In this document: one piece after another, positions 9,701 through 19,689 of the stretch
Layout: each line of letters starts with the position of its first letter
Position numbering within the stretch: position 1 is the stretch's first letter
IMG/VR virus record: IMGVR_UViG_3300035502_001274
Location: 64,001-128,000 of that record
Reading direction: 5' to 3' (one strand)
Length of the DNA stretch: 64,000 nucleotides
DNA from: a virus
Lineage: Duplodnaviria; Caudoviricetes
Position numbers and translations under genes: made by a program
The notes under the pieces: model-generated
The model's database searches: none
Told to the model about the DNA's origin: nothing
Seen by the model: the letters and a program-made list of their open reading frames with translations, nothing else

Positions 9701-9844
9701 TTTCTTTCTCATAAAAATGATATATGCGTTAAAGTATAGAAAATACGGGAAGTTTTAAAGTGCTGATTTATGGACCCATGACCAATATCATAAAAGGTCA
9801 GGATCTATAAATCAGCATTTTATCTCAAGGAGGAATATCCGATC

Positions 9845-10411
9845 ATGCTTGGTAAAAGATTACTCGTAATTGATAAGCTGGTTCTCGCTGTGCCCGACAG
9901 TATCCCTAGCAAAGATGGGCGCGAAGAACTGACCATTGATGACATGCTGGAATGGCTGCTGCGGTATCGCAAGACGGCCGACGCTGTCACCCAGAATAAC
10001 CGCTATGGAAACTTCCGCTACTTCAGCGCCGATATCCCCAAGGGCGCCAATCCCAACGATGAATCCACCTATAACATGCAGACCATCCTGGACTATCTCT
10101 CCGAGTCTCCTGAGAAGCATGTCGGCGGCATGATGACCGCTCTCGTCTATGACGACGAGCTGAAGTCTTATCGCAATGCCTACACGCTGGACGAGGACGA
10201 AGAGTTCCAGGAGAGAAAGGCCCAGCTGCTGGAGCAGCGCGCTCGTGAAGCACAAGCTACCGCCGAAGCTGGCTTTGATTACGACAGGGCTTCTGAAGAT
10301 CCCGATGCCGGCACTGCATGTGAAGGATGTGAAGAGCTCTGCGGGGAAACTTGCCCCGACGAAGGTCGAGAGGAGGACGATGGCAATGAAGCTGCATCTG
10401 ATGCAGAATGA
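9845..10411 (+). CDS. hypothetical protein with acidic C-terminus and CxxC cluster
   Basis: AGGAGG RBS; ATATCAT at 9785-9791. Confidence 0.7.
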   Translation: MLGKRLLVIDKLVLAVPDSIPSKDGREELTIDDMLEWLLRYRKTADAVTQNNRYGNFRYFSADIPKGANPNDESTYNMQTILDYLSESPEKHVGGMMTALVYDDELKSYRNAYTLDEDEEFQERKAQLLEQRAREAQATAEAGFDYDRASEDPDAGTACEGCEELCGETCPDEGREEDDGNEAASDAE

Positions 10412-11186
10412 TAACATCATTCACACCTATGACATTCCCATCTTTGGCGAAGAGAGCGACAGTGAGAAGACTCTGAAGAAGTTGCGCAATATCTGGCGCG
10501 ACGCCTGCAACTTCCGGGATAATGTGGACGGCGTTGTCCGTCTCAATTTCCGTGGAGAAGTGGATGCCGCCGGCAAGGAAGCCATTGCTGTGGGCATGAA
10601 TATTGGCCAGTTTGCCAAGATTCTGAGCTACTACGTCAATGCTTACCTCCCCAAGACCGAAGGAGCAGCCGCTGTGAAGAGCATCTTTGCAGAGGAGCCT
10701 GGTCTGAGCCTGGATACGACGCTGGACTGGATCCAGCATACTGGCGAAGTGAAGAACTTCGCCATGGGCAAATATGGCGTCTTCAACTTCCATTTCTATC
10801 CGCCGATGGAGTGGGCCAAGTACAGCATGACCACCATCGCCGGCGCGGCCAGCTTCATGCCGTTCGAGATCCAGGATTACAGTGTCATCTGCAATGCCAT
10901 CACCAAATGTCCCAAGGGAGCTCGTCCGATGGTGTGGCTTAATCCCACCATCATCCAGGCTTTCTGCGAAACGGCAGAGTGTGACATTGATTACGCCAAG
11001 ATGCAGGCTTACGTCTCTTCTTTTGTGATCATTGCAGCTCTGGAGAATGATGGGACCATTGATGATGCGATGGTTACCCAGCTCTGGGAATCTCTGCGGA
11101 ACTTCTGTGAAGATGACTGCAGCATTGAGATGTTGCAAGGTCTTTATGACAGCGCAGAGACGCTTCTTCACACAGTTCTCAAATAA
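10386..11186 (+). CDS. hypothetical protein
   Basis: GGAGG at 10372-10376 supports a start near 10386 rather than 10176. Confidence 0.7.
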   Translation: MKLHLMQNDNIIHTYDIPIFGEESDSEKTLKKLRNIWRDACNFRDNVDGVVRLNFRGEVDAAGKEAIAVGMNIGQFAKILSYYVNAYLPKTEGAAAVKSIFAEEPGLSLDTTLDWIQHTGEVKNFAMGKYGVFNFHFYPPMEWAKYSMTTIAGAASFMPFEIQDYSVICNAITKCPKGARPMVWLNPTIIQAFCETAECDIDYAKMQAYVSSFVIIAALENDGTIDDAMVTQLWESLRNFCEDDCSIEMLQGLYDSAETLLHTVLK

Positions 11187-11269
11187 AATAAGAAATTATG
11201 GACGATTGCTTAACGTATTTAGCAGTCGTCCATTCTTTCACCCAGGGCGACAGATTTAGGAGGGTCTAG

Positions 11270-11461
11270 ATGGAATTCACCTGCATTTGGTATAACATGG
11301 ACCAAGAAGTCAAGAGGGACATCATTGAAGCCAAAGATTCCGAAGAGGCCAGCGCCAAAGTCTACAGCTTATATGGCGGAAACCCGCCCGCGCCTGCATT
11401 GAGCATCATGGCCAGCAGCGGCCGATGCGATATTGGTGGGTATTTCAACTCACGTTGGTAA
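11270..11461 (+). CDS. small hypothetical protein
   Basis: AGGAGG RBS, 63 aa. Confidence 0.6.
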   Translation: MEFTCIWYNMDQEVKRDIIEAKDSEEASAKVYSLYGGNPPAPALSIMASSGRCDIGGYFNSRW

Positions 11462-11474
11462 GGAGAATATTCTC

Positions 11475-11885
11475 ATGACATTTCTCAACGTATTGGGAGC
11501 ATCCTTTGCCATTGGCATTGTGATTCTCCTTGTATTGATGGCATATCGCACTTTTGATAATTGGGCCAATAGAAAGACCCGGCAGAAGGAGATGCTTCTG
11601 CAAAATCACATGTCCATTGAAGAACTTCTGGTATCACTGGAATTCATTCTCAAGACCGAGATGGATCTCTATGAGAAGATGATGGCCAACACAAGCGACG
11701 TGGATTTGACCAATCTCCAGAATTCAGAGTTCAATAGCATCTACCAGAGCTTATCCATGCAATGTCTCAAAGCAGTCTCACCACAATTCTGGGAACTGAT
11801 CGAGATTTACATGGACAGAGAAGCCGTTCAGACCTACATCACACAGCGGGTCTATAACTATCTGGCTGATAAGGTCAGAGAATGA
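11475..11885 (+). CDS. N-terminal membrane-anchored protein
   Basis: AAGGAG RBS; VLGASFAIGIVILLVLMAY transmembrane segment. Confidence 0.65.
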   Translation: MTFLNVLGASFAIGIVILLVLMAYRTFDNWANRKTRQKEMLLQNHMSIEELLVSLEFILKTEMDLYEKMMANTSDVDLTNLQNSEFNSIYQSLSMQCLKAVSPQFWELIEIYMDREAVQTYITQRVYNYLADKVRE

Positions 11886-11964
11886 GAGATATGACAGATG
11901 ACATGAATTTCGTGTCATCTGTCATATCTCAAACTTCCATGTAACTCACTTAAGGAGGACCAAG

Positions 11965-12747
11965 ATGGCCAATTTACTGGGAGCCATGTATCAAGCGGCT
12001 CTTTCTAAGGTGAATGCAATCCGGATAAGCTGTCAAAGATTTACCCTCAGCGCTGATGCTGTCGATCATCTCTCCATTGACTATACGACGATCCCGATGA
12101 AGAAGGAATGTAATCAGGCCGTCGTCTATTACTCTGGGGAGACCATTGCAGCTTATCGTAAACTTCTCAATCTCTATGATAAGATCACCAATGACCAGTA
12201 TGTCGGTATGACAGAGGTGGGAGACCTCGTGACGACCTACATCAGCGGCTGGTCATCTCTGAAAATCATTACAGATCAGAATATTGCGCAGCTGGATGCC
12301 ATGATTGAAAGACGTCGTACCAAACTTACGCAGTACCATACGCTCTTTGATCAGGGCATGAGTGCTTTCAACGTCAAGAATGAAGCCATCGTGGAAATGG
12401 TTGACCATATCAACGTTCCACTGTATCATTACACCACAGAGTTTCCCTATCGTAAAGCATATGCGCATTTCTATAAGAGGCAAAGGGTCAATGAAAAACT
12501 GGTGCAAACGCATATTAACAATGACATTGATCTTCTGGATCAGCTTGCGGATCTTCTGGGCCTACTTTATGCAGGTTGGGAGAAAAGTGGCAAAGGCGAA
12601 GATTATGAACGCTATCGGGATCTGCAAAGACGTCTTATTGTCACGACGCAGAACCTCGCTGACGTACTGGAGCTCGATATTACACTCTACGAAAAATTCA
12701 CAAGACTGAATGAAACTGTCATCAACTTCAAGATCTATCCCAAATGA
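11965..12747 (+). CDS. hypothetical helical protein (probably late/virion)
   Basis: AAGGAGG RBS; AACT-N6-TA upstream. Confidence 0.7.
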   Translation: MANLLGAMYQAALSKVNAIRISCQRFTLSADAVDHLSIDYTTIPMKKECNQAVVYYSGETIAAYRKLLNLYDKITNDQYVGMTEVGDLVTTYISGWSSLKIITDQNIAQLDAMIERRRTKLTQYHTLFDQGMSAFNVKNEAIVEMVDHINVPLYHYTTEFPYRKAYAHFYKRQRVNEKLVQTHINNDIDLLDQLADLLGLLYAGWEKSGKGEDYERYRDLQRRLIVTTQNLADVLELDITLYEKFTRLNETVINFKIYPK

Positions 12748-12787
12748 CATCAAAAAACGAAGACTGCCAAAATGGCAGTCTTCGTTT

Positions 12788-13165
12788 TTACATCTGGCCG
12801 ATATCTCCGCACTGCGGGCGCTTGTAGTTATCTCGGACCACCTGATAGTAGACCTTGTATGCAGCGGTGGAACCGCAAGATGCGGGATCCGCATACTGAA
12901 GGGTGAACACGTGGTCCACGGTCCTGAAATAGAAACTCACCGCGGAAGCGCATGGCAGATGCTTGGATTTATCCTCGAGCTCGGCTTGGAGCTGATCGAA
13001 GTCGTGCTTCTGGATGTCAAGCGCATCGTCAAAGCGGGCCTCAATGTACTCACGTACGACAGCATCGACGCCGTCATTGGACGCCTCGGCTACGGTCATG
13101 GCCAGTCTCGTTGCAAAGGGAATGATCTTCCGGCTAAATTCGGTCAGAATGTCAGTCGTTGTCAT
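12788..13165 (-). CDS. hypothetical protein
   Basis: AAGGAG RBS, flanked by hairpin terminators. Confidence 0.65.
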   Translation of the reverse strand: MTTTDILTEFSRKIIPFATRLAMTVAEASNDGVDAVVREYIEARFDDALDIQKHDFDQLQAELEDKSKHLPCASAVSFYFRTVDHVFTLQYADPASCGSTAAYKVYYQVVRDNYKRPQCGDIGQM

Positions 13166-13234
13166 AAGAATCTCTCCTTTATCGAATTACAGCGTTGCTT
13201 GCAAAAAAAGAAGCTGCCATTTGGCAGCTCCTCT

Positions 13235-13663
13235 TTAAAGGCTAATCAGCCCCAATGCAGGTCTGGGATATATGCGAGTTCTGTGCTCGTCATCATCGGG
13301 CATTGACGGTAGTTTGGTAGCATCTTTGATGGCCCACTCAAATTCCCTAGCAATCGATTTGCGAGCTCTACGGTCCTTTATGGCGACCATATATTCGCCC
13401 AATCGTGCGCTAAGGCTATTGTATAGTTTGATATCTTCGCTGCTAAGCGTCGAGGGCTTGCTAAAATAGCTCCGAGCGCACATCCCATGCAGCGCATAGT
13501 TTGTAAGATCCAGACTCAGTTCAATACCTTGTGAAATAGTCCATTTGGCGTCCATCACTTCCTGCTTCTCAATCAGCATTATGAAGCCATTGACGAGCTC
13601 ATTCCACTCGGCATCAAGTTTCTTTGCGGATTCGGTCATCGAATGATTGATCACGACAGACAA
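13235..13663 (-). CDS. hypothetical protein
   Basis: GAGGAG RBS; 142 aa. Confidence 0.6.
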   Translation of the reverse strand: MSVVINHSMTESAKKLDAEWNELVNGFIMLIEKQEVMDAKWTISQGIELSLDLTNYALHGMCARSYFSKPSTLSSEDIKLYNSLSARLGEYMVAIKDRRARKSIAREFEWAIKDATKLPSMPDDDEHRTRIYPRPALGLISL

Positions 13664-14024
13664 ACTCTCCTCTCAATTTATGTGGCACACGCCACTTCAT
13701 TTCATCTATGATACCCTTGCCGGCCCTACGGATACCATCATTCTCAAAGATTGAAAGCAGATCGCTTATACGCTTTCCAAGAGCCCGAATTGTCTCAGCG
13801 CATTCAGGCTCAATGTTCTGCAAATAGTACTCAGGCTCGTGGTCATACCTCATAATACTCTTGTATGGCTTAATGAGCGCATTGAAATACCCACTGATAT
13901 TTGATGGTGCACAAGTCAGCGGTGATTTTACCAGATCTTCATACGCACTGAGAATACTTTCGCGCTCATCGAGAACAGGCTTCCATAGACTAGCCATCAC
14001 GTTTTCATTTTCCTTTGGATTCAC
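13614..14024 (-). CDS. hypothetical protein
   Basis: GGAGG RBS; 136 aa. Confidence 0.6.
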   Translation of the reverse strand: MNPKENENVMASLWKPVLDERESILSAYEDLVKSPLTCAPSNISGYFNALIKPYKSIMRYDHEPEYYLQNIEPECAETIRALGKRISDLLSIFENDGIRRAGKGIIDEMKWRVPHKLRGEFVCRDQSFDDRIRKET

Positions 14025-14183
14025 CTAATCGCCTCCATTATAGAATTTATCAAATCTTCAATTCGCCATTATGTGAGAAAATACTTCGTCAGAACTCAGC
14101 AAATTACGGCAAATAAAAGACCTCATTTTCGCTAGAATCGATTTTGAGAGGAGGGTCCGTGTGTAGACACGGACCCTCTATTT

Positions 14184-14573
14184 TTATGCCTCGCTGACGA
14201 TGCTGATGACGTAAAAGTGCTTCGGTGTTACGCCAAACAGGTAGGCGGTATCTTCGGGAATGCAGCCATATGCACTGGGATTGAACTGGCCATATCCGGC
14301 CATCGTAATGCCCATGGTCTTCTCGACAATGTCATCTCCAATGGTGACGGGCAGCTTTTGCCAACTGAAAGCACCATTGAGCGCATAGAGGCTGCCAGGC
14401 TGGCAGGCCGGAATTTCCTGCTCCAATGCAATGAGTGCACGAGCGCCGCAGACAGTAGCACTCGGCATCCCATTCCTCATGCTGGCAATGCGGAAACCGT
14501 CAAACACGTTCAGCATCGTTCTCTCATAGTCCGGCACGGTAAACATGCACGTCCAAAATCCTTTCTTTTTCAT
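14184..14573 (-). CDS. hypothetical protein
   Basis: GAGGAG RBS; last gene of minus-strand operon, terminator at about 14151-14185. Confidence 0.65.
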   Translation of the reverse strand: MKKKGFWTCMFTVPDYERTMLNVFDGFRIASMRNGMPSATVCGARALIALEQEIPACQPGSLYALNGAFSWQKLPVTIGDDIVEKTMGITMAGYGQFNPSAYGCIPEDTAYLFGVTPKHFYVISIVSEA

Positions 14574-14583
14574 AAACTCCTCC

Positions 14584-15360
14584 TCAGACGATGATTTGTA
14601 ATAGTGGAATGATGATATTGCGATAATTGAATGTGATGTCGACGTCGTCGATCATATCGTCTGGCACTATGTCCATCATGGTCGGCCCGTCGAATCCATT
14701 CACACGGAAGAGCGCCTCTCTTGTGAATTCTCTATAGTATTCCACATCGAGCTCTCTTTCCTTGTAGTATTTGGCGAACTCTTTGATCCACGCATAAACC
14801 TTGCGCAGATCCATATTGCTGCCCTCTGCCACATCGACGAACTCCTGGAGAAAAGACAGCATGCCGGGTTTCAGTTTCACCAGAGCATGGCCAAAGTCTT
14901 TATCTTCCTGCACGAAGTTCTTGATGTCAATCTGGCCATTTCTCTTGAAGTAGAACTCCAGGCGAGGGCCAATCTGCAAGGCAGCGTGATATTCATTCTT
15001 GGGTCTAAACTTCAGGTGTTCTCCAAACTGAGTTTGCCGGATCGGTCTATTGACCACAAAGACGGCATCCCTTCTAATGGCCAGAATATCCACGTCCCTG
15101 TCTAAGTCATTGGCGTCGATGAAACGATTCACGGCGTCATTGAAGGACGCTTCCAGCGCTTTGGAGAACTCTTTATTTTCACGCATGAGTAAGCCCACTC
15201 GGATGAGGCGCTGGTCTTTCTCCAACGCCTCCAGCTCCCGAATGGTCTCCTCTGGCATGAGGTGATAGGTATGCATAATGGATGTATTGCCGCTCTTGAT
15301 GTCATACTCCGTAATCTGGGAATTGATCAAGAGCGGCAGACCGTCGTTGGTCCAGGTCAT
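14584..15360 (-). CDS. small divergent family-B-like DNA polymerase palm-domain protein
   Basis: EYDIKSGNTSI resembles PolB motif A (DxxSLYPS); ILAIRRDAVFV resembles a motif C variant. Confidence 0.5.
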   Translation of the reverse strand: MTWTNDGLPLLINSQITEYDIKSGNTSIMHTYHLMPEETIRELEALEKDQRLIRVGLLMRENKEFSKALEASFNDAVNRFIDANDLDRDVDILAIRRDAVFVVNRPIRQTQFGEHLKFRPKNEYHAALQIGPRLEFYFKRNGQIDIKNFVQEDKDFGHALVKLKPGMLSFLQEFVDVAEGSNMDLRKVYAWIKEFAKYYKERELDVEYYREFTREALFRVNGFDGPTMMDIVPDDMIDDVDITFNYRNIIIPLLQIIV

Positions 15361-15363
15361 GGG

Positions 15364-16035
15364 TTATCCTCTCCTTACAATGGGACTGGTATGCGCATGT
15401 GCAATGAACGACACTGCGGACGGATAGATGAATAGCACATGAGGATCCATCAGGAGGCTGTCATCGACGAGGATCTTCTCATCATGCTCCTGGTAAGACG
15501 CCGGATTGACTCCAATCATGTAGATACTGAAGTCATTTTTCACGGTCGTGAAAGGCTTCAGTTCATACATGAAATCCACAGCGCCTTGGACGTCGACAGC
15601 CATGAAAGACTTGGGCTCGTCATGAATGACAAAGTTGCCCAGGCGCGGGCGGAATCCTTGATGTCCACGGAAAGCGACGCTTCTCGCAAAGATCCGGTAG
15701 GTCGCTTCTGAGAGAGGAATTGCCACACCAGCGTGGGCAGGATATCTCATCTTGCTGAAACTCTCGCTAACGGAATTGCCAATGGTCTTCAGGTTCGGCT
15801 CCTGATCATCCAAGCAGATCTCGCAGTGGATCTGCTTAGACTCGAAGTTGGAGCAGAACGCAATGCGGGAAGAGTAGGAATTGGTGATATCTTCCCGATG
15901 CGCGTCATACATGGAACCCAACTGGTCCACATACTGCCGAGGGGTCAAAGGGATAGGCCGCTGCTCGCTGATGCGAGCGCCATGGACAGTCCCCATGCAA
16001 TTATGGGTGGCTGCGCTCAAAATAATGCTAGTCAT
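15364..16035 (-). CDS. hypothetical protein
   Basis: 223-aa ORF in operon. Confidence 0.65.
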   Translation of the reverse strand: MTSIILSAATHNCMGTVHGARISEQRPIPLTPRQYVDQLGSMYDAHREDITNSYSSRIAFCSNFESKQIHCEICLDDQEPNLKTIGNSVSESFSKMRYPAHAGVAIPLSEATYRIFARSVAFRGHQGFRPRLGNFVIHDEPKSFMAVDVQGAVDFMYELKPFTTVKNDFSIYMIGVNPASYQEHDEKILVDDSLLMDPHVLFIYPSAVSFIAHAHTSPIVRRG

Positions 16036-16099
16036 ATTCTATACGTTCCTTTCTTGTAAAGCTCCAATGCAGATTCTAGAGAATGAAATGGACGACTTC

Positions 16100-16687
16100 T
16101 CAGTCGAAGTCGTCCATTCCCTGCATCTTCATTACTTCTTCGGGCTCCAGGTCTAAGTGTTTGCCCATGAATTTGATGTGTTTCTTCAAGGTCTTGTAAT
16201 ACTCCCGGTCATGTTTCCGGCTTAAGACCTCTTTAATGGTGCTCTTGTCGAGCTTGTGGTTGATGCCAACGGCCAATTCTACGCCATAGTCGTCGTTGAT
16301 CTTCTTGGCCAGCGGCTCCCAGAGCTTGAAATAGAGTGGTGTTCTCATCACCAGGAAGATATTCAGGTCTTCACCGGCAGTCTTCCATTGACGATAGATG
16401 CAGGATGCCATATAGTGGATCCGTACATTGACACTCTCATCATCCAGCCAAGCTTCCAGATAGCGCTTATAGTGCTTGATCTTGATCTTGGATTCCTGGC
16501 TGTCAGGCTCCAGAATGATCTTTTGCAACGTTGGTGTTGGCGCCAATTCATCGCACTCAGCGCGGCCGCCGAGCTGCTTCATGGCCTCATCATAATGCTG
16601 CGTGGAGTCCAGAATCAGGAAATCCTTATGCCGGACCCACTTATCGATCTTCTTCTTGAAGGACTTTTCGGGACAAATGATGATCAT
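16100..16687 (-). CDS. hypothetical protein
   Basis: 195-aa ORF, overlapping stop/start with upstream gene. Confidence 0.7.
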   Translation of the reverse strand: MIIICPEKSFKKKIDKWVRHKDFLILDSTQHYDEAMKQLGGRAECDELAPTPTLQKIILEPDSQESKIKIKHYKRYLEAWLDDESVNVRIHYMASCIYRQWKTAGEDLNIFLVMRTPLYFKLWEPLAKKINDDYGVELAVGINHKLDKSTIKEVLSRKHDREYYKTLKKHIKFMGKHLDLEPEEVMKMQGMDDFD

Positions 16688-17547
16688 GCAATTTCACTTC
16701 CTCTCTTAATCTTGGGATCGATCACAAAGGTGCAGAGCAACTTATGGTCAGCAGCCAGTTGCTTGGTCTTTCCAACCACTACCTTGATCTCTGCCGCAGT
16801 ATTGATGGCTGACGCCAAATTTCCCAGAATCTGATTCATGCGATTGCTATTGCTGGAGATAATCAGCGTCACGTCATTGTCAAACTGATTCTTGAAATCG
16901 GTCTCAAAGATATAGTACGCGGTTTCCGTGTCGTAGTAAATGGTGCTTCCCAGAGCATCTTTGGCCAACCAGTCCATCTGGATGTTGATGTTGGACGGCT
17001 TATTGCTCTTGCGGCGGTACATCATCCACGGAGTATCGCTTTGCAGCTCCTTCTCAATGTCGTAGAATGGCATGCTGGTCATGGAACTCGGATAGAGTTT
17101 GGTCCAGTCGCTGAAGATGATGGCCCCATGTGTGATGATGGCGTCGTAGAGCACTTCAGCGATACTGGTCTCGTTTCGATTCTCCAGCTTGAAGTAGTCT
17201 TGCAGAGCTCCGCAGATGGCACTGGGCTCCATGCGCAGTCTCATATAGCGGTCCAAGATGTTGGCATTGGCCAATTCATCAATGGTCCTATTGTAGACAT
17301 AGCGATAGAGCGCTTCAATGTCACCATAGTACATGCGTGCATTCTGCTGGTTCTGATGCTCCTGGAGTTGGAGATAGAATCCAGTCTCCAGGATGGTGGT
17401 GTTAAATACCTGATGATGGCCCGGTTCCATGATGATCGGACTCTCGCAGGATCTCGGCGATGTCTTCATATCGGATGCAATCCGCTCCGACATCTTCTCC
17501 AAGGCTAAAGCCGGTTGCAGGTCTTGCTTTACCGAGTTCATGATCAA
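16684..17547 (-). CDS. hypothetical protein
   Basis: 287-aa ORF, GGGAGG RBS. Confidence 0.7.
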   Translation of the reverse strand: MIMNSVKQDLQPALALEKMSERIASDMKTSPRSCESPIIMEPGHHQVFNTTILETGFYLQLQEHQNQQNARMYYGDIEALYRYVYNRTIDELANANILDRYMRLRMEPSAICGALQDYFKLENRNETSIAEVLYDAIITHGAIIFSDWTKLYPSSMTSMPFYDIEKELQSDTPWMMYRRKSNKPSNINIQMDWLAKDALGSTIYYDTETAYYIFETDFKNQFDNDVTLIISSNSNRMNQILGNLASAINTAAEIKVVVGKTKQLAADHKLLCTFVIDPKIKRGSEIA

Positions 17548-18391
17548 TATGCCCTCCCTTCATCAAATTATTCCGGTACATCGTGCTATTGAGCTGACTG
17601 AAGTCTGGTAACTCAAAGCCAGTGACGTCCTTATAGAGCGTATCTTCCACCTTATTGGTCAATCGACGATAAACGTCAATGAATCCAAAGTTCACGGCAC
17701 AATGCTCACATGTAAAGGCTGTGAAATTGGTGGTATATCGCAGGTCTCTACCGCAGATGGGACAGGTCATGGCTTCTTCATTGCCCAGTCTGGGAATCAG
17801 ATAACCGATATCCAGAACGACGAGCTCGCCATTCCTTCGAATGCCCCAATTGCAGAAATTCTTCTCAGCGTAGCCAATATCGGTGAAGATGTAGGCATGA
17901 CTGAGCTGTTCACAAATGGACAGAATGCCGGCCTTATTGGCACGAAACTCCTCTTTGGAGAGAAGCTCGACGTTCTCTGCAATCAGAATGGGCCCATTAC
18001 ACTCATAAACGTGCGGAGAAACCCATTCCAGCTCGGGAGAACGCTTGAATTCTGTCACATTATCCACAATGCCCCGTCGATCGAGGGCAATCTTGTGGCA
18101 ATATCCGTCAGGCCCCAGCAATCCCACTCGATTGGTGCCAGGTCCCAACTCCGAAAACTCATCGCCCACAATCTCCTTCACGACATCGACCTTTTCATTA
18201 TTGCTTTCACAGTCGATCAGGAGCGCGTGCGCATAGAGCTTCTTGATGATGTCAGGCGGATAGAGTCTCAGAATGTGGCTTTTGGGCCTTTCATCATACT
18301 CTTCCTCATCGACATCTACTGCGGGTCTCCCCATCGGACGTCCACTCCCACTCAGGAGCACGTCCATCGGATCGAAATCCTCAATACTCAT
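17402..18391 (-). CDS. protein kinase-like protein with C-terminal zinc ribbon
   Basis: LGPGTNR Gly-loop, HKIA Lys, NVTE, TDIG...NWG catalytic loop, LDIGY (DFG-like); CPIC...CEHC. Confidence 0.65.
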   Translation of the reverse strand: MSIEDFDPMDVLLSGSGRPMGRPAVDVDEEEYDERPKSHILRLYPPDIIKKLYAHALLIDCESNNEKVDVVKEIVGDEFSELGPGTNRVGLLGPDGYCHKIALDRRGIVDNVTEFKRSPELEWVSPHVYECNGPILIAENVELLSKEEFRANKAGILSICEQLSHAYIFTDIGYAEKNFCNWGIRRNGELVVLDIGYLIPRLGNEEAMTCPICGRDLRYTTNFTAFTCEHCAVNFGFIDVYRRLTNKVEDTLYKDVTGFELPDFSQLNSTMYRNNLMKGGHIDHELGKARPATGFSLGEDVGADCIRYEDIAEILRESDHHGTGPSSGI

Positions 18392-19562
18392 CGTCTTCTC
18401 TCCTCTTTACCCGCTTCATGTCTTCAAAGCGGACCGTTCCGCCATTGACGCAGATCTTGTTATTGAGCAGGACCTCTGCCAACCGCTGATCTGCTCGAAG
18501 CGCCTTATTGGCATGCTTGTCGAGCTTCTTCTGCTTCTTGCGAAGCTTCTTCTGATCCTTCTCAGACAAGCCCGGGTCATAGCCCAAACTGGCCATGCCA
18601 GTTCTGATGGCTTTCACACGGCTCTTAGCGACACCTTTGCTGGTCATCGTACCGAGAATATCGACTCCCAGATACGTGACCATCTGCTGATAAAGCTCGA
18701 GCTCGGCGGCCTTGGACTTATCTCTCAGGCAAGTGCCATCATAGAAGATCTTTCCGCCTTTGGCTTCATCTTCTTCAGCGGCAATCTGGCCTTCATGACG
18801 GAATTTTCGTGTCTCCATACGAGCCATCTGTGCCACCAGAGAATCGCCAATCTTATCATGATCGGTGAACTCGGTGTCATAGACGCCTCTGGACACGTTG
18901 GCATAGTAGTTGTCAATGAAATTCATGTTACTACCAATGCCCGAAACGGATCCGCCATTGAGCAGAATTTCACGCCGGTGCATTCTCCGATACTTATCGG
19001 TCGTGCGCTGGAGCAATTCTCGCTCTTTCTTGCTCATCTTGTGATTCAGAGCCCAATCGATATCAGGCTCTTCATCATGAGCGGGCTCTTCTTCCATGTC
19101 ACAAAGCTTCTTCACATATTCCATGCAATCTGCTTCGCTAATGCCATAGGGCGCAAAGGACGGCACAATGCCCTGCTTGAGCATTCTCCGTGCCTTGGCT
19201 CTTCTTAAGATGGGACGATGGTTGAAACTTGGCAGAGGATCCTTCAAAGCACCTGCTTCTTCCAGTTCCACCGCCATGTCATAAGACCCATATTTACCCA
19301 CCAGATAATCCATATAGTCATCATAGAGAGCCACCCACTCAAGATACTTGTCTACGCGCTTGGTGGATCCTCTCATCCGAGCGATATTTCGTCTGGTGAA
19401 TCTAGGGTCTGCTTGGACTGCCTCCTGCCCATAGTCTTCGATGTCGATCCTGAAATAGAGATCTCCAAAATCGTTCATCAAAGGCTCAAAGAGCATTTGA
19501 GGGAAGGCATCATCCATTGCGTGTGCTGCTTGCTCTAGTTTGGCTGCATAGGTCGCATCCAC
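18381..19562 (-). CDS. hypothetical protein
   Basis: 393-aa ORF, first of minus-strand operon; early motif at 19692-19698. Confidence 0.75.
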   Translation of the reverse strand: MDATYAAKLEQAAHAMDDAFPQMLFEPLMNDFGDLYFRIDIEDYGQEAVQADPRFTRRNIARMRGSTKRVDKYLEWVALYDDYMDYLVGKYGSYDMAVELEEAGALKDPLPSFNHRPILRRAKARRMLKQGIVPSFAPYGISEADCMEYVKKLCDMEEEPAHDEEPDIDWALNHKMSKKERELLQRTTDKYRRMHRREILLNGGSVSGIGSNMNFIDNYYANVSRGVYDTEFTDHDKIGDSLVAQMARMETRKFRHEGQIAAEEDEAKGGKIFYDGTCLRDKSKAAELELYQQMVTYLGVDILGTMTSKGVAKSRVKAIRTGMASLGYDPGLSEKDQKKLRKKQKKLDKHANKALRADQRLAEVLLNNKICVNGGTVRFEDMKRVKRREDDEY

Positions 19563-19689
19563 AATTCTAACCCTTCTTTCCTTTGGAATTCCATCTTGGC
19601 TATCGATGGTGATGTGCCATACGTCCGTAGCCTGAAACTACAGCCTCCTTCATCTAAAAATTTGACGTACCAGATAGTTTGACACATAA

